A program made the translations under genes and the position numbers. 64,000 nt of DNA from an uncultured Methanolobus sp. (GTDB lineage Archaea > Halobacteriota > Methanosarcinia > Methanosarcinales > Methanosarcinaceae): NCBI GenBank assembly GCA_963675495.1, contig OY776215.1, positions 1,376,001 to 1,440,000 on the forward strand. Reading direction: 5' to 3'. Position 1 is the first letter of the stretch. Each line of letters begins with the position of its first letter. Shown here in pieces: positions 9,495 to 18,162 of the stretch. Under the pieces are notes generated by a model, which saw only the letters and a list, made by a program, of their open reading frames with translations, searched no databases and was not told the DNA's origin.

Positions 9495-9580
9495 CTACTC
9501 CCAATTCAAAGCATCAGGTTAGATACTACGTACCAGACAGGCATATTTTATAATATCGTTCGCCTCCCTTCGGCCAGCGT
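9495..9580 (-). pseudogene. Degenerate 3' end of a DUF1566 lipoprotein gene
   Basis: Aligns to the 3' end and flank of 10679..11875 (GGCGAACGATATTATAA...CTGGT-CG...CTTTGAATTG) with indels. Confidence 0.7.
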
Positions 9581-9599
9581 CTGTTGATGAAACTGCCGT

Positions 9600-10406
9600 T
9601 TAACTTTCTTCTGCTGTGGGTGTAGTTTCATATTCTATAATAAAACCATAAGCTTTCCCGCCTGATTTCTCAAGACCATAAGTTCCATGTTCTTCTGAAT
9701 AATCTCCCCAGGTTGAAACCGGAGCATTCATTTCACCAAAACCCAGAACTCTCTGACCATAAATTGAATCTCCTGAATCATTTGGTTGTGTATTATCTCT
9801 TGGATCCTGATCAATAATTCCGTCATCTAAATTAGCTGCCCAATTGGTATACTCCCAGGCCTCACCGCTAAGCCAGTTCCAGTCCTGATCAGGATTTTCA
9901 GTAACTAAAATTTGATAACCGCCCAGGTGTGGACCGATCATAATTTCATAATGATTCATTTGATTTTCATCCCCATTCCATTCAGGGAATGGCCAAAAAT
10001 ATTTCTCATCAGAAACAAGTCCAAAGGCAAATTCATTTTCTGCTTCACTTGTAATTGAAACTAAATAACCACCAGCTTCTTCAGCCAGATATGCAGCTTG
10101 ATACCAGTTCAAATTTCCAGTTGGAACATATATAGCTTCATAGTAGTGGGTATTTCCATCATCATTTTCAAAAGATTGAATTTCTTCTCTCTGATAACTG
10201 ACATCTGAAGGTAACTCATCCCAGGTAAAGAACTCTGTATCAGTTGATAATTCAAATTCAACTCCATTAATTACTTTTATTTGAATCTCTCCCAATCCTT
10301 CATCACTTTCTAACACTTCATCATCTGACGCACACCCTGCAAATGCTACAAGAGAAAGTGAAACCAGAAGTACTAATGAAATAAATTTTAATTTATTTTT
10401 ATTCAT
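9600..10406 (-). CDS. Lipoprotein with C-type-lectin-like domain
   Basis: Lipobox VAFAGC; WYQAAYLAEEAGGYLVSITSEAENEF, WNWLSGEAWEYTNWA, QPND, WGD. Confidence 0.75.
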   Translation of the reverse strand: MNKNKLKFISLVLLVSLSLVAFAGCASDDEVLESDEGLGEIQIKVINGVEFELSTDTEFFTWDELPSDVSYQREEIQSFENDDGNTHYYEAIYVPTGNLNWYQAAYLAEEAGGYLVSITSEAENEFAFGLVSDEKYFWPFPEWNGDENQMNHYEIMIGPHLGGYQILVTENPDQDWNWLSGEAWEYTNWAANLDDGIIDQDPRDNTQPNDSGDSIYGQRVLGFGEMNAPVSTWGDYSEEHGTYGLEKSGGKAYGFIIEYETTPTAEES

Positions 10407-10447
10407 ATTATATACCTTGAAATTAATTCTAAAAAAGATAATGTGGT

Positions 10448-10525
10448 TTATAGATCGAACTTTGGGTTGATCTGCTGGTGGCCCACCAGCGCAACAAAGG
10501 CAATTATCAATAAATTGTTCTTCAT
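10448..10525 (-). pseudogene. Internally deleted relic of a lipoprotein paralog (25 codons)
   Basis: MKNNLLIIAFVAL start joined directly to GCTGGTGGGCCACCAGCAGATCAACCC, the AGGPPADQP 3' end of the paralogs. Confidence 0.75.
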
Positions 10526-10678
10526 ATTATCCCTCAATCGCCTTATCTACGATTCTGTTATTGATTTAAATGATTCTTTTGTACTTTTTTACTACAAGTT
10601 GAGTAAAAATATTAATAAAAAATCTGAAAATAAAAGAATGAGGATTTATATTCCTCATTCTCAATTCAAAGTGTCGAA

Positions 10679-11875
10679 TCAGACATCCCGCACCAGACGG
10701 ACATAGTTATAATATCGTTCGCCGCCTTCGCCCAGCGCTCCACCTTCATATTTGGTATCGAACCGTGCAGCACCGGCACCATGCGAATCACTGCCGCTGG
10801 CATCGGGTGCAGTGCCAAAGGCAACATACCAGGCGTAGTAGTATTCCAAGCTGTTACCACCGAAGTAAGCACTGGTACTAGTCCAGAAGTATCCGTAATC
10901 CGTGTCGTATTCCGTTGTTCCTGCAGGAAGCTCGGTGATGTCGAAGTAGTCTGTGTCAATAGCAGGACCAAGATCCTCCTCATCATCCGCACTTGGGGAT
11001 GAGCTATAATCAACGATGCTCTGAAGCTCTTTCACATTGGGCAGACGCCAGTCATCGTAGCCGGCAAGTGTAGAATCCTCAGCATATTCAAGAGCATCTT
11101 CCCAGTCCATTCCAGTGCCACTGTCTGCCTGTTGCCACATCAGACCTGTGGCTTCATCAGTGACCGTGCCGTCTCCATTTGCCTCGAAGTCATTAAGACC
11201 ATATGAATCGCCTCTAACTGCACGCACATACTTAGCCATCGGACCGTTAACTGTTGCAGGATATGCCTTGATATGTCCCGTTCCGTGATTCACTCCAAAA
11301 GCTGCATCAGATCGACCTTCCACAGTTGTGCCAACGTAATAGTTAGCAGACCAATATTGTTCATCTTTGCTCACACGTGAACCTGAACCTACCAGCTCAA
11401 AATAATCCGTATTTATGTAAGGCCATCCTTCTGAGAAGTCATTAAGGGAATACAATTCCTTCATAGTAGGCATGCGCCATTCATCATAACCACCCAGTTC
11501 CAGGGATTCACAGTATTCATTTGCTTCTTCCCAGTTCAAGGTGGCATCTATCGGAATCTGCTGCCACATCAGTCCTGTAATATCATCCGTTATTGTGCCG
11601 TCACCGTTGTCAGTATAACTGGCTTGCAGGCCGTCAGATTGAGCATCTTGACCATAGAACGCCTCTCCTTCTTCAGGGCAGTCTATTTCGTTTCCGTCAG
11701 CATCATAACATGCAGTCTGGCTGGTGTCAACAATCGGGTATGTCAGGCCGGTAGTGACCTGTTGCATTGATGTCGATTCGGCATCATCTGCATCTGTCTG
11801 TTCTGTGCAGCCGGAAAGCGAGATGGCAAGGACCATCATCGCAACAAGAGCGATTTTTAATAAATTTTTCTTCAT
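10679..11875 (-). CDS. DUF1566 (Lcl C-terminal-like) double-domain lipoprotein
   Basis: Lipobox ISLSGC; YPIVDTSQTACYD; two D/NGDGT.TD..TGLMWQQ...GYD.WR.P..KEL repeats; YVRLVR end. Confidence 0.85.
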   Translation of the reverse strand: MKKNLLKIALVAMMVLAISLSGCTEQTDADDAESTSMQQVTTGLTYPIVDTSQTACYDADGNEIDCPEEGEAFYGQDAQSDGLQASYTDNGDGTITDDITGLMWQQIPIDATLNWEEANEYCESLELGGYDEWRMPTMKELYSLNDFSEGWPYINTDYFELVGSGSRVSKDEQYWSANYYVGTTVEGRSDAAFGVNHGTGHIKAYPATVNGPMAKYVRAVRGDSYGLNDFEANGDGTVTDEATGLMWQQADSGTGMDWEDALEYAEDSTLAGYDDWRLPNVKELQSIVDYSSSPSADDEEDLGPAIDTDYFDITELPAGTTEYDTDYGYFWTSTSAYFGGNSLEYYYAWYVAFGTAPDASGSDSHGAGAARFDTKYEGGALGEGGERYYNYVRLVRDV

Positions 11876-11944
11876 ATTATTCCTCTGTTATATGATTATA
11901 TTTCAGTTTCAAAATTGATTACAGCATATCAAATTTATTCTATT

Positions 11945-12394
11945 TTACTTTTCTTTTTCTTTAGCCATGATTACTTTCTGATAAAAAACCAGATATAAGA
12001 GTAATGTTGATAAACCTAAGATCAAAAAGATAATTTGCATCTCTAACTCATAGCTTGCTGAATTAAATAATAGTTCTAATAATGATGCGGTAAAAGTGAT
12101 TTCCATAAGATATTTGACACTCAGATGATGATTCTTGAAATAAGCCATAAGTACCTTGTATGCTTTTACTAGAATCACAATTGTTGCAACTACTTCCAAC
12201 CACATAATTGCTTGACTATGAAAATTTATAATTTCTCCTGAATAAAACATACGGAGTATCTCACGAGAAAAAATCACCACCCCAATTGTTGAATGTAAAA
12301 ACATAAACAATATTAGCACTACTGTCGGAATCAAGACTGCATAAGAAACAACCTTATCTAATAATTCTTCAACTCTTTGCTCTTCCATCTTCAA
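11945..12394 (-). CDS. Four-TM membrane protein, PsiE-like
   Basis: Hydrophobic segments; ILVKAYKVLMAYFKNHHLSVKYLMEI resembles the PsiE-family core; AT-rich. Confidence 0.5.
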   Translation of the reverse strand: MKMEEQRVEELLDKVVSYAVLIPTVVLILFMFLHSTIGVVIFSREILRMFYSGEIINFHSQAIMWLEVVATIVILVKAYKVLMAYFKNHHLSVKYLMEITFTASLLELLFNSASYELEMQIIFLILGLSTLLLYLVFYQKVIMAKEKEK

Positions 12395-12568
12395 TTACCT
12401 ACTAATAAAATATAAAAATTAAGGCCCTCATGCAGTAATCTTTTCAATTGAACCCCATGTTTTATTCGCATCTCCCATTGAACCTGAAAAGTGCATGATT
12501 TTGAATCAGAGACTTCCGGCGGAGAGTAGAAAATAAATATTTAAACTCTATGAGGAGATTGTAAAATT

Positions 12569-12596
12569 ATGGCTGCCTCTCTGAAGGGGCAGCCAT
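12569..12596 (-). terminator. Hairpin downstream of the 505-aa lipoprotein gene
   Basis: ATGGCTGCCCCT-TCAG-AGAGGCAGCCAT; homolog at 14311-14338 with a compensatory change. Confidence 0.6.
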
Positions 12597-12615
12597 CATA
12601 CCTTATAGATCAATT

Positions 12616-14133
12616 TTAGGATTGACCTGCTGGCGGTCCTCCGGCAGAAGTTCCTAAAGCTTCCATGAGAACTTCTTCAGTAACACCAAGTTCAGCTGCT
12701 GCAGCTGCGAAATCAGGAGGAGTCTGTCCAGGCTCACCTAATGCTGCTACCAGTTCGTCCTCAGTTATGCCTAATTCTGCGGCTGCAGCTGTGAGATCAG
12801 GCATTTCCTGTTGCTCTCCGGGACCACCGGATTGTTCATCATCCGGGGCACTTCGATCATCGGGACCACTACCTCTATTACTCATACCTGTGTCACCATC
12901 CTCGAATACAACAACCCGATCGGTATCGATGACACTTGGATCTCCATCCGGTGTTTCGACGACATCACCGCCGCGTACCAGGCGCACATAGTTGCCCGAG
13001 TCATCGGAAACGTCTACCGATTTTCTGTCAAAACAAATCGAGCCTGCACCATGCAAGTCGTAGCCGTCCGGGTCTGCGTTGTAGCCGGAAGCAAGGAACC
13101 AGGCAAAAACGGTGCCGCCATCGATATCGTCGCCATCACCTTCTATCGGATTGGACGTACTTGACCAGTAAAATGGATAATCGACCTGCTCGGCTATCAC
13201 ATCACCAGTCTCAGAATCATAAACTACATTTGTGATCTCTGTCAAGTCGAATACGCTTGTATCTATGGCCGGAAATGAGCCGGAGTAATCCGCAATACTC
13301 TGCAATTCTTTGATATTGGGCAGACGCCAATCATCGTAGCCAGCATAGGTGGAGTCTTCAGCATAGGCCAGGGCATCTTCCCAGCTCATTGCCTCACCAC
13401 TGTCTTCCTGAGACCACATCAGACCGGTTGCTTCATCAGTAACAGTGCCGTCACCGTTGTCAACAAAATCATTGATGCCGTAGGATGTATCGCCACGAAC
13501 AGCACGCACGAATCGATTACCGCTCATCGCTTTGATGTGTCCGGTCCAGTCGTTGACAATAAATGCGGGATCGCCTTGAACCTGCTCGTTCTGATACTCA
13601 CTTTCGACCAGGTAGAGATTACTTGTCCATGAATGATGCTGAGCAAGATCAGAACCATCACCTACCAGGTAAAAGTAGTTGGTATCGATCCATGGCCAAC
13701 CTTGTGAATAGTCCCTGAGAGACCACAGTTCTTTCACCGTAGGCAGGCGCCAGTCGTCATAGCCACCCAGTTCCAGGGATTCGCAATATTCATTCGCATC
13801 TTCCCAGCTCATGGATGAGTCTGAAAGATCCTGCGCCCAGACCAGACCGGTCACGTCGTCGGTGACAGTACCGTCGCCGTTGTCGGTGTAGCTGGGAGTG
13901 ATTCCTGTGTATTGTGCATCCTGTCCATAAAATGCATCACCTTCGGCAGGACATTCAATGCGTTCGCTATTGTCGTAGCAGGTACCCTGGTTTGTATCCA
14001 CAATTGGATATGTCAGGCCAGTTATAGATGTTGATCCAGTATCTGCTGTATCCGTCTGCTCCGCGCAACCGGAAAGCGAGATGGTAATGACCATCAGCGC
14101 AACAAAAACAATTTTCAATAAATTATTTTTCAT
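12616..14133 (-). CDS. DUF1566 double-domain lipoprotein with C-terminal PD(L/F)xAAAAELG repeat module
   Basis: Lipobox ISLSGC, two DUF1566-type repeats, C-terminus PDLTAAAAELGITEDELVAALG / PDFAAAAAELGVTEEVLMEALG. Confidence 0.85.
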   Translation of the reverse strand: MKNNLLKIVFVALMVITISLSGCAEQTDTADTGSTSITGLTYPIVDTNQGTCYDNSERIECPAEGDAFYGQDAQYTGITPSYTDNGDGTVTDDVTGLVWAQDLSDSSMSWEDANEYCESLELGGYDDWRLPTVKELWSLRDYSQGWPWIDTNYFYLVGDGSDLAQHHSWTSNLYLVESEYQNEQVQGDPAFIVNDWTGHIKAMSGNRFVRAVRGDTSYGINDFVDNGDGTVTDEATGLMWSQEDSGEAMSWEDALAYAEDSTYAGYDDWRLPNIKELQSIADYSGSFPAIDTSVFDLTEITNVVYDSETGDVIAEQVDYPFYWSSTSNPIEGDGDDIDGGTVFAWFLASGYNADPDGYDLHGAGSICFDRKSVDVSDDSGNYVRLVRGGDVVETPDGDPSVIDTDRVVVFEDGDTGMSNRGSGPDDRSAPDDEQSGGPGEQQEMPDLTAAAAELGITEDELVAALGEPGQTPPDFAAAAAELGVTEEVLMEALGTSAGGPPAGQS

Positions 14134-14310
14134 GTTATTCCTCTGGGATTTAATTGATTAATATTGATTATTAAAAATAATAGAATGATCTCAGGTTTCT
14201 CTTCATGTCAATTATAAGTCCACATACATTTGGTTCTTCGATTTCGAATAAGAGACCCTGCGGAAAGGATAAAATAAATATTTAAACTTTTTTGATGGGA
14301 TTGTGAAGTT

Positions 14311-14338
14311 ATGACTGCCTCTCTAAAGGGGCAGTCAT
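14311..14338 (-). terminator. Hairpin downstream of the 147-aa lipoprotein gene
   Basis: ATGACTGCCCCT-TTAG-AGAGGCAGTCAT inverted repeat. Confidence 0.6.
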
Positions 14339-14358
14339 CCACGTTTTATAGAGTTAGC

Positions 14359-14802
14359 TTAGGGTTGATCTGTTGGCGGCCCACCTGCAGAAGCTCCTAA
14401 AGCTTCCATAAGTGCTTCTTCAGTAACACCAAGTTCGGCTGCTGCGGCTGCGAAATCAGGGGCGCCCTGGTCAGGGTCTCCTAATGCCGCTTCCAGTTCT
14501 TCTCCGGTTACGCCTAATTCAGTGGCTGCAGCTGCAAAATCAGGCATCTCCTGTTGCTCCCCTGGACCACCGGGTTGACCATCTACCTCTTCATCATTTC
14601 TGACTGCATTTTCTTCAGAATCCATTTCTGGTTCAGGACGATCATCATTTTCTACTGGCAATTCTGATGTTGAATCAGCGGTTGTTTCCTGCTGAGATAT
14701 GGATTCAGTATCTTCTGCACCTGTCTGCTCCGTGCAACCGGAAAGCGAGATGGCAAGGACCATCAGCGCAACAAGAGCTATTTTTAATAAATTATTCTTC
14801 AT
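14359..14802 (-). CDS. Small acidic lipoprotein consisting of the PDFAAAA repeat module only
   Basis: Same signal peptide/lipobox and same C-terminal ~70 aa as 12616..14133, without DUF1566. Confidence 0.8.
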   Translation of the reverse strand: MKNNLLKIALVALMVLAISLSGCTEQTGAEDTESISQQETTADSTSELPVENDDRPEPEMDSEENAVRNDEEVDGQPGGPGEQQEMPDFAAAATELGVTGEELEAALGDPDQGAPDFAAAAAELGVTEEALMEALGASAGGPPTDQP

Positions 14803-14904
14803 GTTATCTTCCTTTTGTATAAATAGTTCATTATATTTTTAAATGATTGAATGTTGAATACATCATTTTGAACGATAAACCTACCCCATAATTTGCAGCA
14901 CCAC

Positions 14905-15062
14905 CGAACAGAGTAATCTGCGGATAGGTACAGACACCTCTTAACAATTGGTGGTTGGTTTTATGGTGGCACCTGGTGATTGGAGATCAATTTGAATGGT
15001 AATGTTCAGGTGCCACCATTATGGGGGATTGAATACTTCAGCAATCATTTGCTGGACAAATC
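14905..15062 (-). ncRNA. Conserved structured leader/sRNA, copy B
   Basis: Perfect 13-bp stem1 15019-15007/14975-14963; stem2 14941-14910 with ACCUAUCC loop. Confidence 0.65.
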
Positions 15063-15078
15063 CTAATTTGAGATTTCT

Positions 15079-15137
15079 AATATAAGCATACTTATCCCAA
15101 AAGATGGAAAATAGTCCGAATTTAGAAATGAAACTTT
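15079..15137 (-). promoter_or_regulatory. Island promoter B
   Basis: AAAGTTTCAT 15137-15128; AAGTATGCTTATATT 15093-15079. Confidence 0.65.
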
Positions 15138-15322
15138 ATAGTGCATTTAATAACACATATATATTCCATAATTGCCTTTAAAACTTATTAACAGACTATT
15201 TGGGTTTTAATTAATATTAAAATAAATAAAAATGGGTTTTTAATTTGTCATCAGAATGAGGTTTATGGGACAACTCTACCATACGATAGTGATGGCCCTC
15301 ATTCTCAATTCAAAGTATCGGG

Positions 15323-16642
15323 TTAAATATCCCGTACCAGACGCACATAGTTATCAATTCTTACGGCATCACCCTGCGGGCCGTTGCCTTCTGGATAATC
15401 TGATGCTTCACCTGCTTTGGGATCGCTCTTCTGTGCTCCTGCGCCGTGCACATCCTGCCATTCATCTTCCATATATCCCATCGACCTGCCAAAAGCTACA
15501 TAGGATGCAGCACCGCCGTTTTCGTTCGATGATGCATGTGTTGTTCCACTCCAGAAGTACGGATAATCTGTCTCACCAGCTTCGTTTGTAATCGCTGTGC
15601 ATTCAAATACCGGATCGATTGCGGCAGATTCTGAGGTGTCAGGTGAACGTGAGTAGTCAACAATGCTCTGGAGCTCTTTTACATTCGGAAGGCGCCAGTC
15701 ACTATAACCAAGATAGGTTTCATCATTCTTTGTCTGAACCCATGCGAGCGCCTCTTCCCAGTTCATGCTAGTCCCACTGTCTGACTGTGACCAGACAAGA
15801 CCTGTTGCCCCATCGGTAATTGTACCGTCACCGTTGTCTGAAAAGTTGTTTATACCGTAATCCGGATTGCCCCTGACACAGGTGACAAAGAATGTTTTAT
15901 CACTGTTGAACAGGGTCAGACCATAGCCCTTTATTCTGCCATCGGCAAAATTCACACCGAATAGTAAGCTGTCCTCATATACATACAGTGTTTCTGATGC
16001 GTACTGCGAGTCAATGATGCGCTCGCCCGCATCTGTATCTCCATATGCGAAACTAAAATAATCTGTGTCGATAAATGGAATCAGGTCTGAGGTGTCAGTC
16101 CCTTCGCTGGGATCAGTACCACTGAATCTTATTAATGAATATTGTTCCTTGATGGTCGGGAGGCGCCAGTCGCTGTATCCCCCATAGTTTTCCGCATTAA
16201 GCTCGTCCACAAATTCCTGTGCCTCGGACAATGTGAGTTTATCTTCTGCAAGGATTTCACCGTCACCATTGGTATCCGGAGATTGCTGCCACGTCAATCT
16301 GGTGACTTCATCATAGACTGTAAGTCCGTCACTGCTGATTGCGTAGGACGGTTGGTTACCAGAATACTGTGCATCCTGTCCATAGAACGCTTCGTCTTCC
16401 TCCGGGCAAGTGATCTCGGTGCTAGTGTCGTAGCACATCATCTGGCCGGTATCAACTATTGGGTATGTTAGACCAGTAGTGGTGGTCTGTTGTGTAGATG
16501 TTGATTCAACATCTTCTGTATCCGCCTCTTGCGTAGATAACGGTTCAGTATCTTCCGCATCTGCCTGCTCCGTGCAACCGGAAAATGAGATAGCGATAAG
16601 CATCATCGCAACAAGAATAAATTTTAATGTATTTTTCCTCAT
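15323..16642 (-). CDS. DUF1566 double-domain lipoprotein
   Basis: Lipobox ISFSGC; YPIVDTGQMMCYD; GYSDWRLPTIKE / GYSDWRLPNVKEL; NYVRLVRDI. Confidence 0.85.
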   Translation of the reverse strand: MRKNTLKFILVAMMLIAISFSGCTEQADAEDTEPLSTQEADTEDVESTSTQQTTTTGLTYPIVDTGQMMCYDTSTEITCPEEDEAFYGQDAQYSGNQPSYAISSDGLTVYDEVTRLTWQQSPDTNGDGEILAEDKLTLSEAQEFVDELNAENYGGYSDWRLPTIKEQYSLIRFSGTDPSEGTDTSDLIPFIDTDYFSFAYGDTDAGERIIDSQYASETLYVYEDSLLFGVNFADGRIKGYGLTLFNSDKTFFVTCVRGNPDYGINNFSDNGDGTITDGATGLVWSQSDSGTSMNWEEALAWVQTKNDETYLGYSDWRLPNVKELQSIVDYSRSPDTSESAAIDPVFECTAITNEAGETDYPYFWSGTTHASSNENGGAASYVAFGRSMGYMEDEWQDVHGAGAQKSDPKAGEASDYPEGNGPQGDAVRIDNYVRLVRDI

Positions 16643-16835
16643 ATTATTCCTCTATTATATGTTTTGCAATTTTGATAATTAGTTCTCGTGGTTTCATATC
16701 ACTTTTTTGCTACAATTAAAATATTAAATGATATTAATATTAGAATTTTAAAAAATTGATGATACGTGAAAAGAAAATGATTGAGATTTAATAATCCTGA
16801 TTTAAAACATGATTTTACGTAATAGATTCACCAGC

Positions 16836-16993
16836 ATCGAATAGAGGCATCTGTAGATAGATACAAATGCCTCTTAACGATTGGTGATTGATTCTAGATG
16901 ACACCTGTAAGAGGTTGGATAGGTTGGTGGTATTCAGGTGTCACTGCTGAAAATGGTGGTACGTTTCAGCAATCACTTGCTTGACAAATTCCC
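16836..16993 (-). ncRNA. Conserved structured leader/sRNA, copy C
   Basis: Stem1 16944-16935/16907-16898; 13-bp stem2 16874-16862/16855-16843 with UCUAUC loop. Confidence 0.65.
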
Positions 16994-17007
16994 AATTGTT
17001 TATTTCT

Positions 17008-17067
17008 AATAAAAGGATACTTATAGAAAATAGATTCAAAAAAGACAATACATTATAATGAAGCTTT
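17008..17067 (-). promoter_or_regulatory. Island promoter C
   Basis: AAAGCTTCAT 17067-17058; AAGTATCCTTTTATT 17022-17008. Confidence 0.65.
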
Positions 17068-17243
17068 TTTGCACAATTAAAATGAAATAAAATTGGTAAA
17101 TCAACCTTAAATACTTATCAGACACCAAATTATATTTTATTTCATCAAATAAACAAGATACCGGGTTCCAGAAATAACTATGTAAATACCACTTAAAAGT
17201 GAAATACATCTGGAAATCGTATGGTTGCTATAAAAGGAAAATA

Positions 17244-18140
17244 TCAATTGTCTTTCTCATCTACCAGAAAGAGGACATTTCCACGTCCCTTCTTAAATTT
17301 CTGGATCCTGCCCCTCTTTTCAAGGTCAAGGAGCATGAGACTGACCTTGCCTTCAGAGTACTTAAGACGCTTACGCATATCCTTTTGAGTCATTCTTCCA
17401 CCCTGTGATGTGAGAATATCAAGGATCTCCTGAAGATCTGCAGGCACCGGTTCATCAGAAGGAAGGGGAACCGATTCTTCTTTTGTTTTTCCCAGAGGGA
17501 TATTAACAGGTTCATTAACAACAGGTTCATCAACTGTTTCACTTACTGTTGTGCCAGCATCTTCTTCCGGCATCAATCCCTGTTCTTCTTCCACCTTTCC
17601 CCCAGTTACTTTTTCTGTAAGCACCGGAGTTACATGCAAAGATTCTTCTGTTTTTACTTTCTTTGATGGAAGAGACTTTTGTGGTTTCCGTTTGATCTGG
17701 TATACCAGAACAAGCAGAAGAATAATAACAACAAACACAGCTCCAACCAGAATTGAATTGCTCCGAGCCGTCGCTTCCGCACTACTTACAGTCTCTTCAC
17801 TGGAGCTGGAATATGAGGGCAAAAGCAGAAGATCTAAAACATAGCTTCCCTCATCTGAAACTATGATCGTGTCTTCAGCAGAGTAGGTAAGTCGATCATC
17901 TTCGTAATAGCTTGCAGTAATGTGATAAGTACCATTTGGTAATTCAAAGGAATAGACACCATACTTGGCCACCATTGACTGCGAAGGGGTCGAATTTACT
18001 TCGATTATTGCATTGTCAAGAGGCTCAAATGTGCTCCATTCATAGGCCACGCCATGTACAGTTGCAATACTTGAAGCTGCAGTAACGCCTGATAACAGCA
18101 AGATCATGGCAATACAAACGATACAGGATATTACTCTCAT
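17244..18140 (-). CDS. Membrane-anchored winged-HTH transcriptional regulator (COG2512-like)
   Basis: Signal peptide MRVISCIVC..., extracellular beta domain, TM ILVGAVFVVIILLLVLVY followed by KRK, C-terminal wHTH GGRMTQKDMRKRLKYSEGKVSLMLLDLEKRGRIQKFKKGRGN; start moved to 18140 to avoid overlap. Confidence 0.8.
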   Translation of the reverse strand: MRVISCIVCIAMILLLSGVTAASSIATVHGVAYEWSTFEPLDNAIIEVNSTPSQSMVAKYGVYSFELPNGTYHITASYYEDDRLTYSAEDTIIVSDEGSYVLDLLLLPSYSSSSEETVSSAEATARSNSILVGAVFVVIILLLVLVYQIKRKPQKSLPSKKVKTEESLHVTPVLTEKVTGGKVEEEQGLMPEEDAGTTVSETVDEPVVNEPVNIPLGKTKEESVPLPSDEPVPADLQEILDILTSQGGRMTQKDMRKRLKYSEGKVSLMLLDLEKRGRIQKFKKGRGNVLFLVDEKDN

Positions 18141-18162
18141 GTCACACAACCCGGTTTTTGTA

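Noticed and set aside
9495-16642. Diversity-generating retroelement (DUF1566/C-type-lectin targets plus a nearby partial repeat of a 3' end)
   Set aside because: The partial copy differs by indels and non-adenine substitutions rather than A-specific changes, and no reverse transcriptase is in the window. It is better explained as a decayed paralog.
8600-16993. Repeated hairpin elements as CRISPR repeats or MITEs
   Set aside because: No regular repeat-spacer period, no cas genes, no terminal inverted repeats or target-site duplications; position is fixed relative to promoters.
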